Shown in pieces: positions 39,268 to 49,013 of a stretch of 64,000 bases of DNA. Numbering within the stretch: position 1 is the stretch's first letter; each line of letters opens with the position of its first letter. The notes under the pieces were generated by a model. It was not told where the DNA came from, searched no databases, and saw nothing but the letters and a program-made list of their open reading frames with translations. This stretch comes from Hydrurus foetidus (lineage: Eukaryota): positions 62,001 through 126,000 of the forward strand of contig UYFQ01000842.1 of NCBI GenBank assembly GCA_900617105.1, in the 5' to 3' direction. The translations under genes and the position numbers were made by a program.

Positions 39268-42200
39268 CTAAGCCACCCTGCGGCTTACGCGCACTTCCAC
39301 CGTGTGGTCCTGCAGGTCGTCCACCAGCGGCACCGCGGCGGTAGCCTGTTCCCCGCCATCCAGCCACACCCGCACCCCGGCCTGGTTGCCCTCCACCTGG
39401 TTGACCGCAATGGCGTAGGTGGTGGCCTGGAAGCGGTAGCGCAGCTTGAAGCCTGGCCAGTTGGCTGGCAGGCACGGCGCAAAGTGCAAGGTACCCGCCT
39501 CCAGGCGCACACCCAGCAGCGACTCCAGCACCAGCCGGTACATCCAGCTGGCCGACCCGGTGTACCAGGTCCAGCCCCCGCGGCCCCGGTGCGGGTCCAC
39601 CGCGTACACGTCGGCGGCCACCACATAGGGCTCCACCTTGTAGGTGGCGATGGCCGCCGCCGAGCTGCCGTGGTGCACGGGGTTGATCAAGTTAAAGCAT
39701 TCCCATGCACGGCGCGCGTCGCCGGACGCGGCAAACGCCATAACCGCCCAGATGGCCGCATGGGTGTACTGCCCGCCGTTTTCCCGCACACCGGGCACAT
39801 AGCCTTTGATGTAGCCCGGTTCCAGCTCTGAGGTGTCAAACGGCGGCGTGAGCAGCTGGATCAAGGCGTCGTCGCGGCGGACCAGGCGCCGGTCCATGGC
39901 ATCCATGGCCATGCGCGTGCGCGTGGGGTCACCGGCCCCCGATAGCACGGACCAGCTCTGTGCCACGGCGTCGATCTGGCATTCGGTATTTTGTGCGGAG
40001 CCCAAGGGCGTGCCGTCGTCAAAGTAGGCGCGCCGGTACCAGCCCCCGTCCCAACCGTGCTGGTCAATAGCGTGGCGCAGTCGCTCGGCTTCTGTCGTGC
40101 ACTCTTGCGCAAAAGCCTGGTCGCCATGTTCGCGCGCCAGGGTGCTAAAGCGCACCAGCGTGTCGTACTGGAAGAAGGCCAGCCACACGCTCTCCCCCTT
40201 GCCCTGGTGGCCCACCATGTTCATGCCATCGTTCCAGTCGCCCGTGCCCATCAGGGGCAAGCCGCGCTCGCCCCGGGGCAAGCCCCGGCGGATGGCGCGC
40301 ACACAGTGTTCGTACAGCGTGCCCACCGTGGCCGATGGGGTTGGCAGGTCGTAGTAGGACTCATCCTCGGGATTCACCGGGCGGCCTTCGATGAAGGGAA
40401 TGCGCTCGTGCAACACCTGGCGCTCGCCGGTGGCCAGCACATAGCGGCACGTCGCCTGCGCCAGCCACAAGAAGTCATCGGAGCAATGGGTGCGCACGCC
40501 GCGCCCTTGTGGCGGATGCCACCAGTGCTGCACATCGCCATCCACAAACTGGTGGGCTGCACTGCGCAAAATGTGCTCGCGCAGCAGCTGCGGCTGGGTG
40601 TGCACCAGGGCCATGCAGTCCTGCAACTGGTCACGAAAGCCGAAGGCCCCGCCCGACTGGTAATAGCCACTGCGCGCCCACAGGCGACACGCCATGGTCT
40701 GGTACACCAGCCAGCCGTTGGCCAGCACGTTCAACGCAGCGTCTGGCGTCTCGACCTGCACCGCGCCCAGCGTGTGCGCCCAGTAGGTGTGCACCGCATC
40801 CAGGGCGCCATGGATTGCCTGCGGTTCACGCAGGTGCTGAGCCATGGCCGTGGCGTCATCCGAACCACGCCGCCCGGTGGCCCCGAGGCGAAAAACAATC
40901 TCGCGCTCCTGGCCATCCACCAGCTCAAACGGCACTTGCAGCGCCGCACACGGGTCCAGCCCCGCACCCACCCGGTTGGACAGCTGGACGCGTCCCATGG
41001 CGGCAGGATTCTTGAGCGTGCGGTTGCGGCCCAGAAACTCACGGCGGTCGCCCGTGTAGGTAACGTTGGCACTGCGCGTGGCGCCGTTGGCATCGAAAAA
41101 TGCCACCCGGTCGCCAAAGTCCGGGTTGTAGGGATTGCGGGCCAGAATGGCACCGGTGTTGGGGTCCACCTCTGTGCTGATGTACATGGCGGCCTTGGAT
41201 CGCAGGTCGCCCATCACCCACTCCACATAGCCGGTGGCCGACAGCTTGCGCGCCCGGCCAGACTGGTTGCGCACCTTCAGCACGGAGAACTTGATGGCCG
41301 CCTCCAGATCCACGAACACGGTCAGCTCGCTATGGATGCCGTCTTCTTCGTGCTCGAACACGCTGTAGCCAAAGCCATGGCGTGTGACATAGGGCGTGGG
41401 GCCGCCGCAGGGCAGCAGCGTGGGGGACCAGAAGGCCCCGGTTTCCTCATCCCGCAGGTACAAGGCCTCGCCGCTGCCGTCGCCCACAGCATCATTGGCC
41501 CACGGGGTGAAGCGGAACTCATGCGCGTTCTCGCTCCAGGTGTAGGCCGAGCCGCTTTCCGAGATCACCGTGCCAAAGCGGGCGTTGGCAATCACGTTCA
41601 CCCACGGTGCCGGCGTCGTCGCTCCGCGGCACGAGGTGATGACGTACTCGCGCCCATCCGCAGAGAAGCCACCCAGGCCGTTAAAGAACTGGCGCTCGCC
41701 TGCGGTTGCCTTCTGCAACAACGTCGGCTCGGTGCGGCGGACGCGGCTGGAGGGCAAGCGAACCAAAGGCGCCTCGCGCTGCTCCTTGGCACTGCGCCGG
41801 TTCACCTGGTCTGCCAGCGACCCGCGGGTATCGGTGATGACCACACGGGCCACGGTCTGGAACAGGATGCGGTCTTCGCCAGAAATTTGCTCGGCGGCGC
41901 GCACAAATATGCCCCCCGGCCGGTCGGTGAAGTTGGCCTCCATGCCGGCCGCAATCAAACCCATGATCTGCTCCTGCAGCAGCTGGCGGTAGCCGGCGTG
42001 GTCCTCGTTCCAGATGACCAGGTCCACCACCAGCCCCTTGAGCCGCCAGTAGGCATGGGCCTGCACCAGCTGGCGCACCAGCTCGATGTTGGCCTGGCTG
42101 CCAATCTGCAGCAACACAATGGGCAGGTCGCCCGAAATGCCATAGCCCCACAAGCCGGACTGACCGCGGCGGTTGCGCGCCTGCACGACCGCTTCTGCGC

Positions 42201-45200
42201 GCTGGGTGGGGTTGACGTAAATCACCGAGCTGGCCAGGCGCGCATACAGCTGCGCGTCGGATTCAGAGGCATTGATCTGCTGCAGGTTCACCCAGCTGTG
42301 CGTCCAGGCCAAGTCAAACACGCGGTCAGCCAAGTGCCGGTCGCGGTACTTGCCAATCAACGCCTGCACAGCATCGCGCGTGTCCCCCACGCCAATCACC
42401 ATGTCAATCGTCACGGTCTGCTGCGGCTCCAGCATGATCTGTTTGCGAATGGCCACGCAAGGGTCCAACACGGCGCCCTGGCTATTGGAAAGTGCGGCCA
42501 TGGCTTCCATGGCCTGGGGTGCGTCTACACCGCGCGTGCGCCCCACAAAGCGCATGCGGTCCGTCTCGTACGACGCGGCGCCAGAGTCGGCGCCGTGCAC
42601 GGCCATCAGATGGAACATCCACGGCGCATGTTCGCCGTTGGAACGCGGGCGCCGGTTGCACAGGATCGCCTGCTGGTCCGACAGGATCTCCGTCTGCACA
42701 AACAGGTTGCTGAATGCCGGGTGGACGGTGTCAGCCGCCGCAGCGCCCAGCACCACTTCAGCATAGCTGGTGACTTCAATGAACCGGCGGGTGCGCGACC
42801 GGTTGGTGATGCGCAGGCGCCGCAGCTCCATGTCATCTTCGGGCGACACCGCGATTTCGGTGTGCGTCTCAAAGTCATGGTCACGCCGGCGGAACTCGGC
42901 CCGCCCTTCAGAAAAAATGGCTTCGTAGGCGTCGGCTTTTTCCAGCGTGGGTTGGTGCGCAGTGGACCAGAATTCACCCGTGCCCACATCGCGCAGGTAG
43001 CAAAAGTTGCCCCAGTGGTCGGTGGTGCCATCTTCGCGCCAGCGGGTGACCGCCAGGTCTTTCCAGCGGCTGTAGCCCCCGCCCGCCTGGCTCACCATCA
43101 CGTGGTAGCGCCCGTTGGACAACAGCTGCACCTCGGGGATGGCGGTGTCGGTGTTGCGCAGCACGCGCATGGGCATCTCCGGGCCGGTGGTCGGCGTGCG
43201 CACATCGGCGATTTCAGGGTTGCGCACATGGAAGGCCACGGCACCCGGCGCACGCTCCTGCAGCAGCAGGTCGGTGGCGCGGAACATCGGGTCGGACTGG
43301 AAGCGTTGTTGCATCGGCTGGTCCAGCAGCACATAGGCCATGGCCAGAAAGCCCATGCCCTGGTGGTGCACCATGAAGGACCGCACCACCGCACTGGTTT
43401 GTCCGCGCGGCAAGCGGGCGGCGGTAAAGTCCACGGCCTCGTACAAGCCATAGTCGCCCTTGAAGCCCATGGCCGTCAGGCGCTCCAGGTTTTGGCAAGC
43501 CGCTTGCGGGTTCACCATCAGCGCCATGGCGGAGGCATAGGGTGCGATCACCAGGTCTTCCGCCAACCCGCGCTTGAGGCCCAAGCCTGGTACGCCAAAG
43601 GCACGGTACTGGTAGTTCAGCGCCGCATCCACGGCGCTGTAGCCCGACTCGGAAATGCCCCATGGCACGCCGCGCGCGTTGGCGTAAGCCATTTGCCGCT
43701 TCACCACCGCCAGGCAGGTCTGGTCCAGCAAGGTATTGGCGTAGGTGGGCATCACCAGCATCGGCATCAGGTACTCGAACATGGAGCCGCTCCACGACAG
43801 CAGGGTTGGCTCGCCACCCGACACCGTCAACAGGCGCCCGAGCGCAAACCAGTTGTCTTGCGGAATGTCGCCCTGGGCGATGGCCAAGAAGCTGCACAGC
43901 CGCGCTTCGGACGCCAGCAAGTCGTAGTGCGAAGCGTCACGCCGGTGCTCGTCCACGTTGTAGCCGATGGTGAGCAGGTGACGGCCTGTGTCGTAGAGCA
44001 AGGCGTAGTTGGCACGCGCCAGGGCCGCCGCCTGTACAGAGAGGACATTCAGGCTGGCGATGCGTTCCTGGGCACGCTGGCTGGCCAGCGCAACCTGGGG
44101 CAACAGGTCGGCCACCAGCGCGTCTTGCGGCTGTGACGGCGGAGCCCCGGTGAGCGGGTCGCGCTGCTGGTCCAGGGCATGGTTCAGTTGGTCCTGCAAG
44201 GCGGCCAACTCGCGCAGCGTAGCCATGCCGCTCAGGCCAGGCAAGGCCTGCAGCCAGCTGGGTAGCACCGGCAACGCCTTCCAGGGGGCCAGGAAATTCA
44301 GTTCCGCCAGATGCGCCTCGCAATCCCCCTGCACGCTGGTTGCCCATGCGGCCAGGTCTGCGCTCACCAGCCCGGCTGAGGGGTGGCTCAGCGCCCGCTG
44401 CAACGCCTGACAGGACGCCACAATGGCCTCCAAAAACCGCTTGGCCGATGCGACGTTGGCGGGCTTGGCATCGCAAGCAGACTCGATGTCGTTCTGCAAC
44501 TGCGCCACCGCCTGCGTCAGCTCAAAGTGCACGTCCGTGCTCAGTGACTCGCGCAGGTTCGCCAGTGTGTGCCCCAGCCCGTCGAACAGGCGGGGGTTCA
44601 GGATGGGGTGGTCAGCCAACCCGTTGAGGCCGGCCCGCAAGGTCAGCAAATGGCCGGAAAGATTGCCGCTGTCCACCGACGAGATATAGCGCGGTGCCAA
44701 CGCGTTCAGCGTCTGGGTGTCGTACCAGTTGTAGAAATGGCCCTCATGGCGCTCCAGGGTCTGCATGGTCCGCAGGGCATCGGCTGTGCGCGTGAGCAGC
44801 CCGCCCGTAGGGATGTAGCCAAAGTCATACGCCGCCAAGTTGGCCAGCAGGGCCAACCCCATGTTGGTGGGCGAGGTGCGGTGGGCCACCACGGCCACGG
44901 GGTGTTCCTGAAAGTTGTCGGGTGGCAGCCAGTTTTCTTCGGCGGTCACAAAGGTGTGAAAGTAGCGCCAGGTTTTGCGTGCCAGCGTGTGCAGAAACTG
45001 CGCCTGCTCGGGTTTGAAGCGCGCGGACCGCTCTGGCAGCGGCCGACTCAGCCACCAGGCCAGAGCCGGAGAAACAAACCACAACACCAGCACCGGCGCA
45101 GCCAGCCACAGGGCCGTGGCTTGGATATTTACCAACAAGGCCGTGATACACACCGCCAGCACCGGCCCCACCCACATGGTGGCCCAGGTCTGCGCGAGAT

Positions 45201-48084
45201 CGCGCACGCCACCCGGCGCGCGCGCCAGGCCACTCGACCGCAAGCTGGGGGATGCACCCGACGGGCTCCACTCCAGCAACTGGCGGTGCGTGAACAGCAT
45301 GCGTGCGGTGGTGCGGACGATGGCGTCGAGGCTGAAATAGGCCTCGTACGGCAGCGTGGCCAGCGTGAGCGTGGCCTGCGCCACCCGGCGCAGCGCCGAT
45401 TGCAACACCGCCATGGCGTGCTGCCCCATGGACAGGCCCTTGGGTTTGCGCACCAGACTGACGGCCGTGCTCAAGGCCGGCTCGAAAAACAGAATGCCCA
45501 GAAGCGCGGCGGTCCACATCCCCACTGCCGCCATCTGCGTCCACCCCAGCACCAGCAAGCCGACCACACTCAGGGGCACCAGACTGCGGCGCAAGTTGTC
45601 CATGATCTTCCATTGCGACAGCCGGGACAGCGGATTGCGCACCCGCTGGGCACCCGGCCCCGGCACCTTGGACAGCAGCCAGGCGGCGATCTGCCAGTCG
45701 CCGCGCGTCCAGCGGTGGCGGCGCTGCATGTCCGCGTCATAGCGCGTGGGGTAGTCATCGTAGAGCTGCACGTCGCTGAGCAGGCCGGCACGGGCGTAGC
45801 AGCCTTCCAGCAGGTCATGGCTCAGGATGCGGTTCTCGGGAAAACGGCCTTTGAGTGCACGCTCGAACGCATCCACGTCGTAAATACCCTTGCCAATGAA
45901 AGAGCCTTCATGGAACAGGTCCTGGTACACATCCGACACCGCGCGGGTGTAGGGGTCCATGCCGGGGTCATTGCCATTGAGCTGTGCGTAGCGCGAGCGG
46001 TTGGTGCCCGGCAGGCTCACCGCCATGCGCGGCTGCAGAATGCCGTAGCCCTCGGTCACACGCTGCAGGGCAACGTCAAAATGCGGCCGGTTCAGCGGGT
46101 GGGCCAGGGTGCCGGCAAAAGCGCGGGCCGAATCGCGCGGCAGTTGCGTGTCGGTGTCCAGCGTGATGACGTACTGCACCTGTTGCAACAGTGTCACGTC
46201 GCCCACGATGTGAGAGAACGCCTGCGCCGAGCCCCCGCGCAGCAGGGCGTTCAGCACGGCGAGCTTGCCGCGCTTGCGCTCATAGCCCATCCAGAGGTGT
46301 TCCTGCGCGTTCCAGCGGCGGGGCCGATGGAACAGAAAAAACGTGTCGTTGCCAGGTCGGGGGTACTTGGCATTGAGGGCTTCCACGCCCTGCACCGCAT
46401 GCGCCTCCAGCACCGCGTCGCTGGCCAACGACTCCTGCGCCGCATCCAGCAGATCGGTCAACAGCCCGAAGTGCAGACACGCGTCCTGGTTCGCCAGGTA
46501 GCGCACCTCCAGGTCCTGCAGCAACGCGTCAATGCTCTCGCGGCTGCTCAGCATGGTGGGCACCACCACCAGCGTGCGGGACGTGGGCGCAATGCCCTTG
46601 GAAAAATCCATGCGCGGCAAAGTCTGCGGCACCGTGGCGAGTGCAGCCAGCCAGTTCACCAGCGTGACGGCGAGTTGGCTGGTGGCCAGCAAAGTTGCCA
46701 GCCCCACCCCAGCCAACATCCAGAGTGGCAGGCCCTGCCCGTAGGCACGTGCCAGCAGGCTCCAGGTAAACCACGCCGTGAGCAAGCCAATTCCCCCCAG
46801 ATAGGCGGGCACCGGAAACCGGCGCACCAGCCGCACCAGGCTTTCGCCGAACGCCAGCGGCGCCTGCGATGCACGCTCCAGCTGGGCCAAGCCCTTATCC
46901 ACCAAAAAATAGCCCACATGGCTGCGGCGCACATCGCACGAGGCATGGGAGGTGATGGGCTGGTGGGCCAGCTGAATCGCCTTGCGTGCCACATCGGTTT
47001 CCGACAAATGGGTGCGGCGGGCGATTTTTTCTACCGCGTGGCGGTAGCGGTCGCGGGTGTGAAAGTCCATCTGCGCGTAGACCCCACCGGGGTCTTCGCG
47101 CAACTTGTGCTCCACCATGCTCATGGACTCGACGAACTCACGCCAATCCAGAGCCCCCAAAAACCGCAGGCTGCCAATCGTGTTGCTTATGCACACCTGG
47201 TTAATGGCCTGGTTCTGGGTTTCGGCGTGCACCATTTGCTCGGTGGTCTGGCCCGACTCGTACAGGCGCTGCTCTATCCAGGTGAGTGGCAAGGCCAGCG
47301 CCGAGCTGTGCCCCTGCAAGCGGCGCGCCAGCTCGGCCACAAAGGCATTCACCAGGGGCGGTTTGGACCTCGCCATGTCTGCAATCACCAGGATCAGGCT
47401 GGTGGGGTCGCGCTCGGCCACCTCTATCATTTGCTCGGCCCAAGTGGCTGCCAGGTTGCGCTCCACCATGGACTGCGCCACCCTGGCACTGATGCGGCGC
47501 AGGTTCTCGATCAACGCGAGACGCAGCATGATGGGAATGGCCCACAACTCGCCCAGCTTGAGCACCGAGCTCTTTTGGTAGGCGGCCACAAAACGGTTCA
47601 GGTTCTCGGGGTCCACACGCCCGTCGCCGTGGGAGATGACTTCCAGCGCGATGTCGTACACGCGTGGCAAGCCTTTGGACGGCCCATTGGCCAATAAGGG
47701 CAGGCCGCGGCTGTAGCCCTTGGGAAAGTGACCGCGCGCGGTCAGCATCTGCTCTTCAATCAGGTAGAAGTTGTCCAGCAGCCACTCACCTGCCGGTGTG
47801 ATGCGCCGGCCCGTCTTGACCGCCTCCATCAGCAAGTCGCAGGCATCGTGCAGCACGTTGTCGTTGTCATCCAGACGGTCCAGCAGTTGCTCGCGCCCGC
47901 GGCCACGCTGCAAGGTGTGGTTGGCGGCCAAGGTTTTGCCGTGGCGCTCCATTTGCTCGGCATTGAACAGTTCAGCCCGCAGGGGCGCCTCGGCGGCCAC
48001 GGTGTTGCGCTCGCCTGCCAGGGTGCGCAGGTGGGCAATGGCGCGCGCAAGGGCGGCATGCATGTCCGAATAACTTGCTTTCAA
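39268..48084 (-). CDS. cgs: Cyclic beta-1,2-glucan synthase (GT84 + GH94 phosphorylase domain; Cgs/NdvB/ChvB)
   Basis: 2938 aa; EWLLDNFY, ERKRGKL, ITLDTDT, SHDLLEG, RRHRWTRGDWQ, QSGGAFGFRDQLQD, GDWNDG, RENGGQYTH. Confidence 0.93.
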   Translation of the reverse strand: MKASYSDMHAALARAIAHLRTLAGERNTVAAEAPLRAELFNAEQMERHGKTLAANHTLQRGRGREQLLDRLDDNDNVLHDACDLLMEAVKTGRRITPAGEWLLDNFYLIEEQMLTARGHFPKGYSRGLPLLANGPSKGLPRVYDIALEVISHGDGRVDPENLNRFVAAYQKSSVLKLGELWAIPIMLRLALIENLRRISARVAQSMVERNLAATWAEQMIEVAERDPTSLILVIADMARSKPPLVNAFVAELARRLQGHSSALALPLTWIEQRLYESGQTTEQMVHAETQNQAINQVCISNTIGSLRFLGALDWREFVESMSMVEHKLREDPGGVYAQMDFHTRDRYRHAVEKIARRTHLSETDVARKAIQLAHQPITSHASCDVRRSHVGYFLVDKGLAQLERASQAPLAFGESLVRLVRRFPVPAYLGGIGLLTAWFTWSLLARAYGQGLPLWMLAGVGLATLLATSQLAVTLVNWLAALATVPQTLPRMDFSKGIAPTSRTLVVVPTMLSSRESIDALLQDLEVRYLANQDACLHFGLLTDLLDAAQESLASDAVLEAHAVQGVEALNAKYPRPGNDTFFLFHRPRRWNAQEHLWMGYERKRGKLAVLNALLRGGSAQAFSHIVGDVTLLQQVQYVITLDTDTQLPRDSARAFAGTLAHPLNRPHFDVALQRVTEGYGILQPRMAVSLPGTNRSRYAQLNGNDPGMDPYTRAVSDVYQDLFHEGSFIGKGIYDVDAFERALKGRFPENRILSHDLLEGCYARAGLLSDVQLYDDYPTRYDADMQRRHRWTRGDWQIAAWLLSKVPGPGAQRVRNPLSRLSQWKIMDNLRRSLVPLSVVGLLVLGWTQMAAVGMWTAALLGILFFEPALSTAVSLVRKPKGLSMGQHAMAVLQSALRRVAQATLTLATLPYEAYFSLDAIVRTTARMLFTHRQLLEWSPSGASPSLRSSGLARAPGGVRDLAQTWATMWVGPVLAVCITALLVNIQATALWLAAPVLVLWFVSPALAWWLSRPLPERSARFKPEQAQFLHTLARKTWRYFHTFVTAEENWLPPDNFQEHPVAVVAHRTSPTNMGLALLANLAAYDFGYIPTGGLLTRTADALRTMQTLERHEGHFYNWYDTQTLNALAPRYISSVDSGNLSGHLLTLRAGLNGLADHPILNPRLFDGLGHTLANLRESLSTDVHFELTQAVAQLQNDIESACDAKPANVASAKRFLEAIVASCQALQRALSHPSAGLVSADLAAWATSVQGDCEAHLAELNFLAPWKALPVLPSWLQALPGLSGMATLRELAALQDQLNHALDQQRDPLTGAPPSQPQDALVADLLPQVALASQRAQERIASLNVLSVQAAALARANYALLYDTGRHLLTIGYNVDEHRRDASHYDLLASEARLCSFLAIAQGDIPQDNWFALGRLLTVSGGEPTLLSWSGSMFEYLMPMLVMPTYANTLLDQTCLAVVKRQMAYANARGVPWGISESGYSAVDAALNYQYRAFGVPGLGLKRGLAEDLVIAPYASAMALMVNPQAACQNLERLTAMGFKGDYGLYEAVDFTAARLPRGQTSAVVRSFMVHHQGMGFLAMAYVLLDQPMQQRFQSDPMFRATDLLLQERAPGAVAFHVRNPEIADVRTPTTGPEMPMRVLRNTDTAIPEVQLLSNGRYHVMVSQAGGGYSRWKDLAVTRWREDGTTDHWGNFCYLRDVGTGEFWSTAHQPTLEKADAYEAIFSEGRAEFRRRDHDFETHTEIAVSPEDDMELRRLRITNRSRTRRFIEVTSYAEVVLGAAAADTVHPAFSNLFVQTEILSDQQAILCNRRPRSNGEHAPWMFHLMAVHGADSGAASYETDRMRFVGRTRGVDAPQAMEAMAALSNSQGAVLDPCVAIRKQIMLEPQQTVTIDMVIGVGDTRDAVQALIGKYRDRHLADRVFDLAWTHSWVNLQQINASESDAQLYARLASSVIYVNPTQRAEAVVQARNRRGQSGLWGYGISGDLPIVLLQIGSQANIELVRQLVQAHAYWRLKGLVVDLVIWNEDHAGYRQLLQEQIMGLIAAGMEANFTDRPGGIFVRAAEQISGEDRILFQTVARVVITDTRGSLADQVNRRSAKEQREAPLVRLPSSRVRRTEPTLLQKATAGERQFFNGLGGFSADGREYVITSCRGATTPAPWVNVIANARFGTVISESGSAYTWSENAHEFRFTPWANDAVGDGSGEALYLRDEETGAFWSPTLLPCGGPTPYVTRHGFGYSVFEHEEDGIHSELTVFVDLEAAIKFSVLKVRNQSGRARKLSATGYVEWVMGDLRSKAAMYISTEVDPNTGAILARNPYNPDFGDRVAFFDANGATRSANVTYTGDRREFLGRNRTLKNPAAMGRVQLSNRVGAGLDPCAALQVPFELVDGQEREIVFRLGATGRRGSDDATAMAQHLREPQAIHGALDAVHTYWAHTLGAVQVETPDAALNVLANGWLVYQTMACRLWARSGYYQSGGAFGFRDQLQDCMALVHTQPQLLREHILRSAAHQFVDGDVQHWWHPPQGRGVRTHCSDDFLWLAQATCRYVLATGERQVLHERIPFIEGRPVNPEDESYYDLPTPSATVGTLYEHCVRAIRRGLPRGERGLPLMGTGDWNDGMNMVGHQGKGESVWLAFFQYDTLVRFSTLAREHGDQAFAQECTTEAERLRHAIDQHGWDGGWYRRAYFDDGTPLGSAQNTECQIDAVAQSWSVLSGAGDPTRTRMAMDAMDRRLVRRDDALIQLLTPPFDTSELEPGYIKGYVPGVRENGGQYTHAAIWAVMAFAASGDARRAWECFNLINPVHHGSSAAAIATYKVEPYVVAADVYAVDPHRGRGGWTWYTGSASWMYRLVLESLLGVRLEAGTLHFAPCLPANWPGFKLRYRFQATTYAIAVNQVEGNQAGVRVWLDGGEQATAAVPLVDDLQDHTVEVRVSRRVA

Positions 48085-48184
48085 GGGTCAGGGCCTCTCA
48101 CGGATAGACCGCCGGTTGGCCTGCGTGGACATCACGTCAGGGCCGGTTTCAGTCTTCGGATTAGCGTAAGGGGGGCCCGCTCTG

Positions 48185-48210
48185 GCGTCTGTGCGTACAC
48201 GCACAGACGC
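48185..48210. promoter_or_regulatory. Perfect palindrome upstream of cgs (CRP/FNR-family-like geometry)
   Basis: GCGTCTGTGCG-TACA-CGCACAGACGC; core TGTGC-N6-GCACA. Confidence 0.6.
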
Positions 48211-48393
48211 TACCTTTGACAGCGCGGACAGTCTGGGCTGTCGGCGCCGATTTGACAATGGGCTCCCGGGGTGGCGGTAGATCAGGTGTGCACTTAGCCC
48301 CAGGTGGGCAGACGCCGCGTGGTGGCGAGCTGGCGATGGTGCAGGGTCTGGGCATTTGCCCAGCGGGCGTTTGCCCAGCGGGCGGGCTAAGGC

Positions 48394-48906
48394 CTAGCCG
48401 TAAGACGCCACTGGCGTCGGCAGGGCATCGTCCAGGTACAGCTCGTACTCGTCCCACTCGCCGGCACCAAAGTTCTCGTCGCACTGCTGGGCGGTGTCGT
48501 CAAAGGAGGTGAACTCGGTGCAAAACATCAGCGTGCTGAACACCCGGCTGAAGGCACGTCCCGCTTCGTCATGCAAATCGCCCTTGGGGTTCAACACGAG
48601 CTGGCAGCAATGCACCCAGACGTATTGGCCCGCCAGCGCGTTTTCCACTTCCCACGCGCCGTGCGCGTCCTCGTCTTCTGTCGAATCCGTGTCGGACCGG
48701 CTCAGGCGGTAGGTCCGGCCATGGCAGGGGTGGCTGGGGTCCAGCTCCAGGTCGACGGTCTGCCAGTCCAGGGAGATCTGGTCCGCCACTTCCCTCAGCT
48801 CCTGCTGGGTGATGTCGCCCTCCCAGTACACGTCGGTGATGTGGATGGACGTGCCTACGTCTCCAAACCAGAGACTGGCCTTGTGCTTCATGGTGTCAGG
48901 GTGCAT
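48394..48906 (-). CDS. Acidic hypothetical protein
   Basis: 170 aa ORF, GGAG RBS, D/E-rich; no family recognised. Confidence 0.65.
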   Translation of the reverse strand: MHPDTMKHKASLWFGDVGTSIHITDVYWEGDITQQELREVADQISLDWQTVDLELDPSHPCHGRTYRLSRSDTDSTEDEDAHGAWEVENALAGQYVWVHCCQLVLNPKGDLHDEAGRAFSRVFSTLMFCTEFTSFDDTAQQCDENFGAGEWDEYELYLDDALPTPVASYG

Positions 48907-48961
48907 GTCGGGGCTCCAAAGTGCGTGACCACACTGTAACCCGCAATGACATGCTTTTTAT

Positions 48962-49010
48962 GCCTCTAGCCCGCATGTAGTTTGCGCGAACAGCTACCAA
49001 AACCATAGCG
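48962..49010 (+). repeat. Intergenic repeat copy 4
   Basis: GCCTCTAGCCCGCATGTAGTTTGCGCGAACAGCTACCAAAACCATAGCG, beside the MCP stop codon. Confidence 0.7.
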
Positions 49011-49013
49011 CCT

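Noticed and set aside
39991..47697. Very long plus-strand ORFs (1381 aa and 1042 aa)
   Set aside because: Antisense shadows of the GC-rich cgs gene; no recognisable motifs.
48355..48384. 15-bp tandem repeat TTTGCCCAGCGGGCG x2
   Set aside because: Only two units and no supporting context.
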